A model generated the notes under the pieces. The model saw nothing but the letters and a program-made list of their open reading frames with translations, was not told the DNA's origin and did not search any database. 64,000 nt of DNA from positions 62,992,001-63,056,000 of the forward strand of contig NC_091478.1 of assembly GCF_036971445.1 (NCBI RefSeq), read 5' to 3'. This stretch comes from Narcine bancroftii. Its lineage: Eukaryota. The position numbers were made by a program, and so were the translations under genes. Of this stretch, positions 1 through 13,073 are shown one piece after another (positions within the stretch are counted from its first letter, which is position 1; each line of letters starts with the position of its first letter).

Positions 1-694
1 TGGCATATCATTTTGCCAAATATAGCTGATGACTTCGTGGCTTCACGATAAAAATCATCTAAGGACCCTTTCAATCTCCAGATAATCAGGGAGCAGCTGC
101 ATTGCTGGACCACAATACCGACGTCTGAATTCAAAGGATTTCATGCCAGAAACTGAGCCAGACATTGAGGAGGCCTTTCAAGTGTCCAAAAATTGTTGGC
201 TTTCTCTTTGTCCATGATGACCTGACTCTTTTATGCCTGGTTCACGTCTAGTGGCTCTCATCGCATTGCCAAAATTAATGAGTTCTCTCCATCCACCGTC
301 CGTCCTTCAGCTTACAGCTTTTTTGCTAGACTTCTGCCAATATGCGCCCGTGGAGCATTTTATATTCTTTGGCACAACTTCCAATACGGGACACTTTATG
401 TCAATTTTCAATTCAATTCCGATCCCCAGGAGATTATCGCTGAATTACTGCTCATTCCACTAGGATCATCTTATCTACATTTGGGGTGTGAATTAGGTCT
501 TTAGCAAGTTCTGTGTTCCATGTATTGGACGTTACCTGAAGTTGCTACACTTGATTCATATGTTTTAAGTGTAACTCCAGTGAGCTGTGGCTCCCTAACA
601 TTCACTAATTAAGCGGGGGAAGCTGATGAGAAGGCAGAGTCATCCTTTGTTAATGGAGAGTTCACTCCATGAAAATATCCTTCCTCTTCGATGT

Positions 695-775
695 AGTGAT
701 CAGCCATGATCTGTAAAATGGCGGTGCTGGCTCGACGGGCCGAAGGGCCTACTCCAGCTCCTATTGTCTATTGTC
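695..775 (+). mobile_element. CR1-type LINE 3' tail fragment (copy at ~36458-36538)
   Basis: GATCAGCCATGATC...AATGGCGG..CTGGCTCGA.GGGCCGAA.GGCCTACTCC resembles the CR1 tails at 7930-8010 and 18120-18200. Confidence 0.7.
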
Positions 776-1039
776 TTCTGGTTTCAAACTCCAGAATACT
801 GTGTACTTACAACTTTCTACTTAAAACTGGCCAGATCGCTCAGTGGATTCATTGGACTTGATTCATTGGATTTGACATTCGGTATGTCAAAACGCCTGCA
901 TTTTCTATCCGTGTTTATCGGGTGTCCTTCTGGTTATTTACCTCTGTTATTGACCTTGAAGCTCGTGGAATTTCATGTCAGAATCTTCATATTGAGGAGT
1001 TATATCTGCCTAAGTTTTTTGCCTTTAACCTGAGATCAC

Positions 1040-1990
1040 ACGGTACACCTGTAGAAAAGTGCAAGTTTTGGTGACATATTCAATCCCCCTAAACTCCTCG
1101 CAAAGTATAACCACTGTAGAGCATTTTACGTTAACGCGCTGAGATGTAGACAGATCTTCTGGGATGTTGACATACGTGAATTTGAAGTTCTTAAATTTTC
1201 CTCTGATGACCCCTCATTGGGTTTCCCCCTCCTGAAGTCCACAATCACTTAATTAGTTTTACTAACGCTGAGTGCAGGGTGGTTGTTGTGAATGAGTATT
1301 CACCTGACCTATCTCATTCCTGTACACTTGGCAAATTTGTAAATGGCATTAGCATTGACCCTAGCCACATAAACATGGATGTAGACCCAGTCCAGCAATC
1401 GGAAGAGCGCTCATCCCTGAAGTACGCCTGTGTTGATTGTCAGTAAGGAGGAGTCGTTGTTCCAGAGCCACACTTACTGTGGTCCTCAACGAGGGTCAAA
1501 GATCCATTTTCAGAGGGGTTGCAGGGGCCCAGGTTTTGGAACTTGTTGACCAGCACTGAGGGTATGATGGTATTGAAAACTGAGCTGTAGTGGATGAAGA
1601 GCAGCCTGATGTACGTGTTGTGGTCTAGGTGATCCGGAACTAAGCGGAGAACTAATGATACTGCATCTTCTGTGGAGCGATTGTGATGGAAGGCGACTTG
1701 CAGTAGGTCCAAAACTTTACTTAGGTCGGAGGTACATGTGACCATAACCAATCTCTCGAAATATTTCATCACAGTAAATGTGAGTGCGACTAGGAGATAA
1801 TCTTTGAGGCAGCTCATTCTGCTCTTATCGGGCACCTGCATGATTGAACCCTGGCTGCAGCAATGACCAATTAAAAATATCGATGGACTCTCCAACTAGT
1901 TGATGGGCGCAGATATTCAGTACCCTTCCAGGTAAGCCATCAGGACAGGGCGATAGCCAAAATACTTGTTGAAAGGTATGCCATTCTGTG
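1040..1990 (-). mobile_element. Rex1/Babar-clade LINE RT fragment, degraded
   Basis: ORF 1440-1895: VALTFTVMKYFERLV...LQVAFHHNRSTEDAVS...YIRLLFIHYSSVFNTIIPS. Boundaries are approximate. Confidence 0.85.
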
Positions 1991-2829
1991 GAATACTTCG
2001 CCCACTGTGGTCATGCCACAGGAATCAAAGATGAACTGTATGTTACATATGTTATATACATTAATAACACGAATTAGCTATGGTTTATTGACAGTTCTGA
2101 TCGTTGAGAAAATAAACCACGTGGTGATACAAATATCTTCAAAGAGATTAACAACACATGGTGTCGTTGATTAGATACTGACTGTTTTTTACCGCGAGCA
2201 CCAAATGTGCGCGCCCATATAAAAATGCGTATACACACACACACACACTTAACTATTATACTATTATTGCAGGGAGTGGGATTCTCAGTTTCAGTTGTTT
2301 GCACAAGGTACGATTAATGCCTCTCAGTCTTGGTGCTGTAAGTTGTCAGTTGTTTTCCGTGACGACAGGTACAGTTGCAGAACATGATTGGGGAGGGCTC
2401 GGCGCATATGTGTTTATTAAAGGAATCTGTTCTGTGAGGCGGGTTTGTGTGACAAATGTCCAATGTAGAAAGGCAAAAAGTGTAAAAGATCAGGATGGAA
2501 GCAGCAATTTTTGGAAGTGTGGTCACATTTATAATGTGGGGAACCGGTTGACTACATATTCAGAGCAAAATCCGTCCAAGGGCACTTCAATGAAAACTGG
2601 ATAATCGGTACTTTCATGAGCAGATTGACAGAATCCTATTCGGATTACTCCCCTTTTACTTTTAAATAGTACCAGAAGATCTTTTCCCTGAGTTTGATAC
2701 CTTCTCCCTTTTTCAGAAAATAAAGTAATTATTTGAACACTAATGGAAAACAGGGTTACAAATGGTGACACGTAATGAACTGATTCCCGTTCTAAATAGA
2801 GACATTTCAAGTCGTCATATTTATGATCA

Positions 2830-3430
2830 TCTGATTGTACAAGTACAACCCGATGAAACTGCATTTTCCACTTCTCGGTGCACAACACGCAATCAGACAT
2901 AACATACATACAGACAAACAATACATATGCAGGACATATAATCAGCTATACAAATAAATAAATAAATAGATTTTGCTTCATGAATCGGATGGTTAGTGCG
3001 AGAATGTATTTTTGGTCTTTCAGCACGTGGGAAGAAACCTGGTACTGCTGGTTCTGATAATCCTGTATCTCTTCCCTGATGGAAGCAGTTGAAAGATGTG
3101 TGCAGCATACAAGCAGTCCACAATGATTTTGCGTGCCTTCCTCAGACAACCATCGGGTTGACCACATGAATGGTAGGGGGTGGGGGGAAGGGTGTGGGTG
3201 GGTGGTGGTGAGGGAGACTCTGCCACTCTCCTGATCCTGTGGATGGACCTCCAATCCATTTCTCTGCAGCAAGGATACCACACGATGATGCAGCCAGCCA
3301 CGACATTCTCCATAGAGTTCCTGCTGAAGGTTGACATACTGGTTAGTCTTGCCCACTTCATTCTTCCAAGGAAGTGTAGACGCTGTTGCACCTTTCATTT
3401 GTCGTATCCTCAGGCTCTGGAAATTCAGCA
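2830..3430 (-). mobile_element. Rex1/Babar LINE 3' fragment
   Basis: QQRLHFLGR...AGCIIVWY...RKARKII..FQLLPSGKRYR. Followed by a TTTA-rich 3' UTR. Confidence 0.85.
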
Positions 3431-4794
3431 AATAGTTTTACCTTTTCATGCCATTTCATTTCTTACCAGACGAAGAGGAATGTTTTAGGAAATAGAATCG
3501 TGTGAAGTCTTGGTATGTTTGTGATTTTATTTCATGCCAAATGCTTACATAATGTTGTAGACAAAGCAATCTGTGCATAATTCATATTTATTCCCTTATT
3601 ATTGTCTTGAAAATGTATTGACCATTCACAATATACTTTTCAAATCATCTGATATTTATATGCAGATAGTAATTAAATGTACTGAAATAATGTAAACAAT
3701 ATATGAGGTTGAAAATATACCCTGGCATAAACTGAAATCACTTTCCTCTAAGCTTTTATATGGAGCTATTCTATATTCTGGAACTTCCCCATTTTAGTTT
3801 TGAAGCTTTCATTTAAAATGTTTATTGGAAGCTCCAATCGACAGATTCAAACATTAATTTGGTGGCCAGTGTACATTTGTTTGCAAAATGTACAAAAGGC
3901 AAACAATAGTGTACCTCAACTCTATTTCAGGTGAATTTGTTTAACATTTGACAGCAAACATACACAGGTGAAGATAATGGGCGAAACAGGATTTGTTCTT
4001 TCTAAAGCATGCAGGGAACGGAAGCTGCACCAGTTCACTACACCCTACAGACACAATATGGTTCAAGGTACCATGTTCCTTTTATTGTCATGCCATTGAA
4101 ATGTAACCTTTGTCTACATAATGTAAAGAGTAGCCATGAGCTTGGTGCTCATGGAGAAAGAGAAGAAAAAGAGAGCGTCTTCAGAGTCACAGAGTGTCTG
4201 AGGATTCACAAAGGCATCCGGCAGCCCTTCTTATCCTGAAATACCTCCTGGAATCCCGGCTCCAATACGTGGTTCCCATGATCAAGCCGCTTGCAGCCAG
4301 CAGCTTGTGTGGGTCCCCCACCACGTCTCCAGTAGCCTGTGTCGGTCACTCGCTCGCTGGTCCCTTCAGTCCTGTCAGGTCATCTCCTCTGCTTCCCCTT
4401 TATAACTGGAGGCGTTCTCACTGTCACTGTTGCCCTGCGCCTGTCCATTGATCCTTCAGAGTCTGCAAGCCCTCGTGGCCACTGCCCAGCGCAAGAGTTG
4501 ATATCTTGGGCATATATGGCTGCAGCACTTTACTTACAAACTCTGTTGGCAATTTAACAGTTTGTTTAAAGCCTGCATGGAGCTTCGATGTAGAGGAAAT
4601 CACAATGGGAGCACCTGAAGAATTACAAGTTAAATGTAACTTAACCTATGCAGTCCATTGTGGGCACTGAAGGTTGGCGAGGGAAGAAACGTGAGTGCAG
4701 AAGAAGCACCTCCTCCTAGGATTGTTGTGTAAAGAGGGCACACAAAATTGTTCAGGCCCTTTGACCCTGCAAACAGCATCATTCAGCTACTTCC

Positions 4795-4916
4795 ATTTCT
4801 TTGGCTTGGCTTCGCGGACGAAGATTTATGGAGGGGGTAAAAAGTCCACGTCAGCTGCAGGCTCGTTTGTGGCTGACAAGTCCGATGCGGGACAGGCAGA
4901 CACGATTGCAGCGGTT
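4795..4916 (-). mobile_element. RTE LINE extreme 3'-end fragment (copy at ~40558-40679)
   Basis: Near-identical to the 3' end of the RTE element at 30985-31105 (TTCTTTGGCTTGGCTTCGCGGA...GCAGCGG). Confidence 0.85.
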
Positions 4917-5790
4917 AATGGTTACTTCCATTTACCCGTAATTGAAACCACACATTTGAATAGCAAAAATAAATGAGTTTGGGCTGTCTTTGGTAACTTT
5001 AATAATTATGCAGCCCAGATCATAAAATCTATTGATATTCAATTACTGGTGCACCTACCCTGCCATTGAGCTAATTAAATGAAAGATGTTCCTGGGTATC
5101 AACCTTCATAATTGCACATCTACAACATTCAATCTACTTTGAGGCTGCCTCTGTAGTGGCCCTGAAAATTGGTAGACTGCCAGAATGATCATGTCCATTC
5201 ACAAGTTGTGGGATCTGTTTGCATGCAAGTGTTTTGCTGACGAAACAGAATCACTCATCACCATCCACACCATCAGACTAATGAGCTCCTTTACCGATAT
5301 CCTGGTCCCAGTTCATGGTTTTCCAGCTGCTGTGATCACGCTTTTCAATTCTGTTAACCAAGTCATTAGCCTGCTGCCTTCCTCATTTAGATTGAAATAA
5401 AATTCCCACATCTCATTCATTCCACACCATTCAAATGCAGATTTGATGTTATTCGGTACCTGACGATTAGCCCAAAACAAATGCGACTCTGTACAGATAA
5501 TTCTTCATAAAGTTATGTGAGCAGAGTTGGTCACGGCACTCTCACACCATTGATATGGAACATTGTATATCCCCTTGTGGGACTATTCAGGTAATTAACC
5601 AGATTCATTTTAGTTCTGAGGTCTTTGTTGGCTACATGGAGCAATTCACGCCAACGGAGGCAAGGCTTTCCAATTCTTCCTCTGCTAAAGCAATGACTAT
5701 TTTGCTACTGCCTCAGGTATCCACGATGAGCTCGAAGACTTTATCCACTTTGCTGCCAACTTCCACTCCAACCTTAAATTTACTTGGTCC

Positions 5791-7763
5791 GGGCACCAGG
5801 CAAGGGTGCCCCCTTAGCCCTTTATTATTTAACTTAGCTTTAGAACCTTTGGCAATTGCTATCAGAGAAGCACCCAATATTACTGGTATTATTCGTTGCA
5901 GGGATATTCATAAAGTATCACTATATGCAGATGATTTATTGTTATATATTTCCAATCCTGAAAATTCTATTCCTGCAGTTTTATCTTTATTAGCCCAATT
6001 TAGTAATTTTTCGGGATATAAACTGAACTTAAATAAAAGTGAATTATTCCCTTTTAATGGATGGGTTCCTATTTATGATAGTTTACCTTTTAAAATAGCT
6101 AGAGACCATTTTATATATTTAGGGATTAAGATTACTAAAAAACATAAAGATTTGTTTAGGACTAATTTTTTCCCTCTATTGGACCTGATCGGCAGTTTAC
6201 TTACCAATTGGTCACCATTATCCCTATCCATGATAGGCCGAATTAATGCTATTAAGATGATGATCTTACCTAAATTTTTATATATATTTCAAGCTATACC
6301 TATTTTTGTTCCTAAATCTTTTTTTGATAAGGTCGATTCTAAATTGTCCTCGTATATCTGGCAAAACAAGAATCCTAGATTTGGGAAAAAATATTTACAG
6401 AAATCTAAACTAGAGGGAGGGTTGGCATTACCCAACTTAAGAATTTATTACTGGGCAATTAATATTAGTTACTTAAGATATTGGTTGAATTATTCAGAAT
6501 TATCTCTAAATCCCCATTGGGTAAATTTAGAAATTAAACCGATACAAAATTTTTCAATTAGCTCTATTTTGGGAGCGGCTCTCCCTTTTACTCTTACTAA
6601 ATTATATAAACAAATTGATAATCCAATGGCTAAACATACACTACATATATGGTTTCAATTCCGGAGATTTTTTTGGCCTAAGTCATTTTATCTTGGAAAC
6701 TCCTATTGTACTAAATTTCCTTTTTCATCCCTCTCTAATTGATCAAGCTTATTTACTCTGGAAAGTTAAAGGTATAACATGCTTTTCGGATTTATTCTTG
6801 GATAACTTTTTCATGTCATTTGAACAATTATCCATGAAATATGATTTACCTCGATCTCATTTCTTTCGATATTTGCAGATTAGGAGTTTCTTAGTTTCGA
6901 CTTTACCCTCTTTTCCCAATCGGGAGACTACGACTGTTTTAGAGGATATACTATATTCAAAATTCCCTCCAAAAGGTGTGATATCTAAATTATATAATAT
7001 AATTACAAAAATAAATTCTGGGACTTTTGAAAAGTTTAAAAATGATTGGGAAAGAGAACTCAACCTTCATACTTCTAATGAAAATTGGAGTAAAATTCTG
7101 CGACTAGTAAACTCTTCTTCTCTATGTGCAAAACATTCACTAATACAGTTTAAAGTTGTTCATAGAGCTCATATGTCTAAAGATAAACTCCACCGCTTTT
7201 ATTCTCATATCGATCCTATATGTGATAAATGTCAATTGGAAATAGCTTCCCTTACACATATGTTTTGGTCCTGTCCCTCTTTACAGAATTATTGGAAGGA
7301 ATTTTTTTCCATTATGTCTACTGTTTTGAATATTGATTTACAACCACATCCCATTACTGCAATTTTTGGATTACCTATGATAGATTTGACTTATTTATCT
7401 CTTCCTGCGGATCGTATGATTGCTTTTCTTACACTAATGGCTAGAAGATCTATACTATTGAATTGGAAATAGGTTAATCCTCCCACTGTTTTCCAATGTT
7501 TTTGTTAATTCAGATTTGTTTTTTCTTCTTTTTTGGGTTTTTTTTCTCTTTTTTCATATATTGTTATTAATTATATCTTTTTTTTTAGAGATAGTTCACA
7601 CCCTAAACTGGTCTAAATTTTTTTTTATGATATATTTTTATTCTGTAATATTATTGTTTAATATCTCTGTATTAATTCATTACTTACTATGTATTTTTTA
7701 TATCTCTTTGAACTGTATGTGTTTATAAATTATAATAATAATAAAAAGATTGAAAAAGAAAAG
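5791..7763 (+). mobile_element. 5'-truncated L1-clade LINE with 16-bp TSD
   Basis: GTRQGCPLSPLLF, LYADD, YLGI and C-terminal CCHC (CDKC..HMFWSC). A-rich tail. TSD TAAATTTACTTGGTCC at 5775-5790 and 7764-7779. Confidence 0.95.
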
Positions 7764-7796
7764 TAAATTTACTTGGTCCTACTCTCGCAACATACT

Positions 7797-8016
7797 CCAG
7801 GTTCATTAAATATATTTAAGAGGGAATCAGGTTCATTAAATATATTTAAGTGGGAATTAGATATATTTCTTCAGTATAAGGGTATTAAAGGTTACGGAGA
7901 GAAGGCGGGGACGGGGTACTGAACTTTAAGATCAGCCATGATCTCGTTGAATGGCGGAGCAGGCTCGAAGGGACGAATGACCTACTCCTGCTCCTATCTT
8001 CTATGTTTCTATGTTT
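7797..8016 (+). mobile_element. Short CR1 3' end with internal ~30-bp tandem duplication and (CTATGTTT)n tail
   Basis: Near-identical to the reverse complement of 18114-18305. CAGGTTCATTAAATATATTTAAG occurs twice. Confidence 0.9.
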
Positions 8017-8999
8017 TTATTTTTCTCAATTTTTATCTCCTTCTAGAGAGTCTAACTCTCAGTAGACATCGTCAACAAACCCATTAACTCAGATACCTAA
8101 TTTGACTGCTCCTCTTCACACCCTGTTCCCTTTAAGGGGTCTATTAATTTATCTTAATTTTTCAGTCTCCCTCACATCTGCTGCCAGGACAAAGTCTTCC
8201 ATGCCAGATCATCAGAGAAGTCTTCCTTCTTCAAACAACATGGCTTTCCCCCTACCACTATCAAATTGGCCCTCACCCGCATATCCTCCATTAACTGCAC
8301 ATCTGCCCCAGACCTTCCTCTACAAGTGCAAAAAGGATCTCACCTACCACCCCACCAAACTCCATAATCTCTGCCTCTAACCATATTATCCCACTAGCAG
8401 ACACATCTTCCCTTTGTGTCCCTTTCCATTTTCCATAGGACCTCCTCATTTTGTGACTCCTTCATCACAATTCCCCATGGAACCATTGTCTCTGACTTGC
8501 ACCCCAACCTTCACCCACACCTATTCCAGGCTCTAAGTAGTCCTTCCAAATGAAGCAACACTTCACTTGAAAATCTTCGTTGGTTAACAACTGTACTTGG
8601 TGCTCCTGTGGTGCTCTGCTGTACATCATAGAGTCTGGTCACAGACTTGAATAACGCTCTGTTGAGCACCTTGACTCTATACACTAAAATAACTGGATTT
8701 CCCATTGGCCACGCATTTCAATTCTCCATTCAATTCCCTTGCCAATACGTGTTCCCACGATCTCATTCATTGCCAGGCTGAGATCACCTGAAAATTTGAG
8801 GAAAAACAACCCAAATTCCGTCTGGGCAAATTCCAACAGGATGGCGTTAACATCGACATTTCCAGTTTCAGTTAGCACTACCCCCATCGTTCTGTTTGTC
8901 TCTATTCCTTGAGCTGCGTGTCTTTCTCTTCTACTTTCACTCTTTCTCCTTTCAAAATTTAAAAACAACCCCCTTCCCCAATCAATACTCCCCATGGCC

Positions 9000-10550
9000 A
9001 ATACCAGCAGGCAGACTGATAGCACCATGTTGGCTCTGAGCTTCAAAAGGGGAACAAATACGACATTCTATTGCCACAATAGAGACTCCAAGTAGTTTCA
9101 TTCCAGGTGCTTGGGTCCAGAATGTCTCGGAGCGGGTGCAGAACATTCTTAAGTGGGAGAGTGATCAGCCAGAGTCCGTGGTACATATTGATACAGTACA
9201 AACATCATAGGCATGAGTTGGCTAGAGGTCATGGAAAGCAGGGAAGAGGCTGAAGAGCAGTATCTCCAAGGTGGTAATCTTTGGATTATTCCCGGCGCCA
9301 TAAGGTAGGGAAGGTCACAACTGGAAGATAGTGCAAAGAAACTGAAGAGGGGCAGAGTTTTAATTTCTGGGATAATTGTAAGCTTTTCTGCGGAAGTGGT
9401 GACCTTTATAAATGGGAAGGGGTTCGTCTGAAATTGAAGGGAACCAATGTCATGGCACGGGGATTTTCTAATGCTGATTGGTGGGGAGGGATGTTGGTTA
9501 AAACAGATTCACAGGGGGTTGGAACCAAACTGAAGAAATAGAGGAAAAGGTGGTCAGCACACAAGTAGCTGATAGGGGGTTTGTGTGGAAAGAAAGGCAG
9601 ATAGGGAAAAATCGGAGGCATGGGGAATGTGTTACAATGCACAGTGACACAGTGTTAAGTGAAGCAAATAAAGAACAAAAGGCTTGTATTTAAATGCATA
9701 CAACATAAGAAATAAAGTGGACAACCTTGTCGTAAAGTAACAGATTGGCAGGTATGATGTAGTGGCAACCACAGAGTCATGGCTAAAGGATGGATGTCCT
9801 TGAGAACTGAATGTCTGAGGATGAGCAGGTAATCCGGGGTGCTGTCGCTGTGCTGGCAAGGAACAACACTGAATCCTTAAAAGAGCTGACAGGGCTCAGA
9901 AGATATAGAATCAATGTGGGTTCAGTTAAGAAATGGCAAGGGTGAAGACACTGTAAACAGTTATATACACAATTCCAAACGTCAGCCGCGATATGGAAAA
10001 AGCAGATGGAAAAGACGTGTCAGAAAGACCATGTTATGGTAGTCATAGGGGATTAAATATGCAAGTAGATTGAGAAAACCAGGTTGGCACTGGATCTCAA
10101 GAGAGAGATTTCGTAGAAAGCCGATGAGATTACTTTTTCGAGCAGCTTGTTGATGAGCCCACGAGGGGATTGGCTGTATTGTAGTGGGTCTGGAGCATGA
10201 ACCCGAGGTGATTCGATTGCTTTGAGTGAAGGAATCAATAAGGGCAGTTATCATAATATATACGATTGAGTTCAATTTGAGATTTACAAGGAGAAAACAA
10301 AGGCAGATGTGCAGTAAAGGGAATTACACTGACATGAAAGAGGAACTGGCCAAAGTAGATTGGAAGGGGGCACTAGTAGAGAAGACAGCAGAGCAGAAAT
10401 GGATGGAGTTTCTGCAAGAAATGGGGAAGTATAAATACAAACCCCCAAAAAAGGGGAATATTCGAAAAGAAAAATGTCACAATTATGGCTGACTCGGAAA
10501 GTCAAAGCCAACGTGAAAGCAAAAAAGAGCAACAGAAAATAGTGGGAAGA
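9000..10550 (+). mobile_element. Degraded CR1 LINE 5' half (SGNH-esterase ORF1 and AP-endonuclease remnants)
   Basis: Frameshifted QPESVVHI, LYLNAYNIRNKVDNL, YDVVATTESWL and KGNYTDMKEELAKVDW motifs. Confidence 0.75.
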
Positions 10551-10842
10551 CTATCTCCGGCTCCCAAGCAAAGACCGGTACACACAGCAAACCACGCCAA
10601 GGCGGTCCAAAGAAGAAAGAAGACCATCTGAACGCTTAAAGCACTATGTGCTCCGATTATTGTTAAATACTTTCCCTTTTATAGTTATAATTACTCATGG
10701 GGTGTATTCTAATTCTCACTTGTAGTCCTGGGCCTATGAAATTTTTATAGTTGGAAGGGACCCAGTCAGCATTTATCGTTGGGTGGAAACCGCCCTCTGC
10801 TGGACATTATGACACCCATTGCCCTTCCACGTGTATAAACAT

Positions 10843-10844
<2 letters not shown>

Positions 10845-10874
<30 letters not shown>
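10845..10874. repeat. (TA)n microsatellite, one unit shorter in copy 2 (~46610-46637)
   Basis: Direct reading. The offset drops from 35765 to 35763 across it. Confidence 0.95.
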
Positions 10875-10876
<2 letters not shown>

Positions 10877-11439
10877 CCCCTTGTGTCAGTAGCCATGTTA
10901 GTCTGATGAAAATAAAGGATGAGAAAGCATCAGGTCTCCTTTCATACAGACGTCTGTCTCGTTTTAAATCATACATTTAAGAAGGGCCCAGACCCGAAAC
11001 TTCGTCATATATAGTTACCCCCTGTTGGACGCGGCAGGTCGTGTTAAGCTACAGCATTTCTCCATCTCATAGTATCCAGCTTAATCTCAACCTTCAAACA
11101 ATGTGCTGGACGGGAGTTCAGAGACAGTGATGGACCCGGCGATGTGTGCTACCTTCTGTTTTCCGGGCTTCTCAAATTATCATTCCAGGGCGATACGCAA
11201 CCAGTCGATATTATTTGAGCAGAACATGTTCGACAAAAGATTCCGAACCTCCTCGCACTGCTTAGAAAGTAGGCACCTTGGAAAGCAACGCAGGTGGGTG
11301 GAGTCGGTATGGGTGGACGCGTACGAGTTGGGTGAAGGGCAGGCACTCAATTTGGGGCTGAAAGGCAGCGGTGAGGATGGCTCGCGCGCGGACATCGAAA
11401 CCCGCGAAAGGGAAGCAGGGAGAAGTCGATCCCATCACG

Positions 11440-11945
11440 GCCACCAACCCCTCCCCCCCCCCCCCTCACCCTGGGAGGAAGGATGCTGGACAAGTGACGT
11501 TGAAAGGAGGGCGCAGAGAGCGCTGTAGTCGGTCTGTGAACCCTGGACCCACCTCCCTCGCATTCCCTGCGCGCAGGCCAATGAATTTTTATCATTGCTT
11601 TGTTCGGTAACTCGAGTGTCCGGGCACCCAGGAGGTGGGAAACGTCCCCTCCACCTTCATCACCATCGGGGTTTCAAACAGGTGAGGCAGACGTTCGGCT
11701 GCTCCTCCTCCAACCTCGTCCACTGCAATCGCTGCTTCCGATGTGGTTTCCTTCACGTCGGTGAGACGAAACGCAAACCTGGAGACCTTTTCGTATAGAG
11801 TCGACGATCTGGGTGCGATGGCGATGCCGCGCATTTGATATCCCTGCCATTTCAACGCCTCTTCCCATACTCACACCAACCTGGCCTCTCCACTGCCGGA
11901 GTGAGACCTGTTGCAAGTGGAGCAACAACCTCATGTCATCTTGAA
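11440..11945 (+). mobile_element. Penelope-like GIY-YIG endonuclease fragment (copy at ~47203-47708)
   Basis: FKQVRQTFGCSSSNLVHCNRCFRCGFLHVGETKR matches the Penelope F.C.S.N..YC..C..C...YIGET.R motif. Confidence 0.8.
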
Positions 11946-12169
11946 CGCGGTGACCGGATCCGATTCATCATCTCCTCGGGCAGTGAGTTCTACATATTAA
12001 TGAATCTCCGTGTAAAAAAAAGGATCTTTCAGATCCCCTTGAAACCTTCCTCGCATCTTGAACCGATGCCCTCCCGTTCTTGATGATCCAACCGACGGAG
12101 TAAACCCAATCTGATTATCTACCCTCTCTGTTCTTCTCATCTCGGCCATATTTCTAACGATAAATATAT

Positions 12170-12350
12170 ATACATTTTAAATTTAGCACGGTAACAAGCC
12201 CTTTCTGCCCACCAGCGCGCGCCGCCCAATTTATTCACAATGAACCTATAAAACCCGGTACTTTTCGAACAGTGGGAGGAAGGAAACCATAGACCCGGGG
12301 AAAACCCACTCATTCAATGGACGGAAATTCTTTCTTGTTGCAGCCGAGTT
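12170..12350 (-). mobile_element. SINE fragment (same family as 14205-14335 and 35450-35700)
   Basis: Shares TAAATTTAG...GGTAACA.GCC.TT..GCCCAC.AG and CGAACAGT.G.AG.AA...CC...G.CCCGG.GAAAAC with 35450-35610. Confidence 0.65.
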
Positions 12351-12419
12351 GGTCCTCCGTAAAAAAAGTCACCCGTCCACATTCAATTAAAAAAGAGATA
12401 ATAATTTCAAGCTGTAGTA

Positions 12420-12690
12420 TGGGATTCGAGGACAAGAGGGCACAACTTCAGGATAAAAGGGCGTCAATTTAAGAGAAGCGGAATAGTTTCCTTTGCCAGA
12501 GGATGGTGAGTCTGTGGAATCCAGATCGTTGGGTATATTTAAGGAAGACATTGGCAGGTATTTGATTAGTCAGGGCATCAAGGGTTACGGGGAGAAGACC
12601 TGAGAGTGGGGCTGAGTAGGTGGATGGATCAACTCATGATAGAATAACGGAGAAGCCTCGATGGGCCTAATTCTGCTCCAAAATCTTGTT
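12420..12690 (+). mobile_element. CR1 3' fragment, older subfamily
   Basis: SRTRGHNFRIKG...RMVSLWN, ATCAAGGGTTACGGGGAGAAG, and tail GCCTCGATGGGCCTAATTCTGCTCC. Confidence 0.75.
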
Positions 12691-12929
12691 ATCAATGTAA
12701 GAAGCATGATGTTTGAGCATTGCAGGATTAGTGGGAGAAGGGGGCGTTGTTTCGAGGGGAAATTCATCACAAATCATACTTTCTATATATTAAGTCGTCA
12801 AGGTGATTTCAGGAGGGCAAGAAATTAATGCATTTCAAACTCCTACTTTTCCCCTTCCTCAATTATCGATAGCAAACCCTGAAACGATGTCAACTATTTA
12901 TTTTGAACATATAAATTCAACATTCCAAC

Positions 12930-13033
12930 GTTCACTTCCAGGATGTGATAAGCCCCGGCAACTCGTCATACAACCCAAACGTCACATTTAACAGCGTTCC
13001 TGACTGCAAGGTCATTTGAATCCCTTGTGCAGA
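12930..13033 (+). promoter_or_regulatory. Putative proximal promoter of the receptor (ETS and GATA-like motifs); copy at ~48693-48796
   Basis: Non-repetitive stretch just 5' of the ATG with CACTTCCAGGATGTGATAAG (overlapping ETS cores, then TGATAA) and AACGTCA. These are motif matches only. Confidence 0.3.
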
Positions 13034-13073
13034 ATGTCAGGGACTGCGATTGTTCTCCTTCTGCTTCTCCGAG
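13034..13073 (+). CDS. Receptor copy 1 exon 1: signal peptide MSGTAIVLLLLLR
   Basis: AGAATGT start context, hydrophobic core, phase-1 donor GAG|GTAATA 116 bp before the V exon. This is the typical IgSF split leader. Confidence 0.85.

Larger units (their letters stand above)
5580..8880 (+). mobile_element. Degraded Penelope-like element interrupted by L1 and CR1 insertions
   Basis: FVGYMEQ and ELEDFIHFAANFHSNLKFTW (Penelope RT) before 5790. The RT C-terminus and GIY-YIG remnants resume after ~8020. Confidence 0.75.

Noticed and set aside
2074-2921. Cluster of Cys-rich ORFs on both strands in apparently unique DNA
   Set aside because: No recognisable domain and no coherent exon chain. Part of it overlaps a Rex1 tail.
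5555-6742. 395-aa ORF as a novel RT gene
   Set aside because: It is a chance fusion across an L1 insertion junction marked by a TSD.
9640-9690. Two adjacent CACAGTG heptamers upstream of the V exon, suggesting RSS
   Set aside because: They lie inside a decayed CR1, 3.5 kb from the V exon, with no convincing ACAAAAACC nonamer at 12- or 23-bp spacing.
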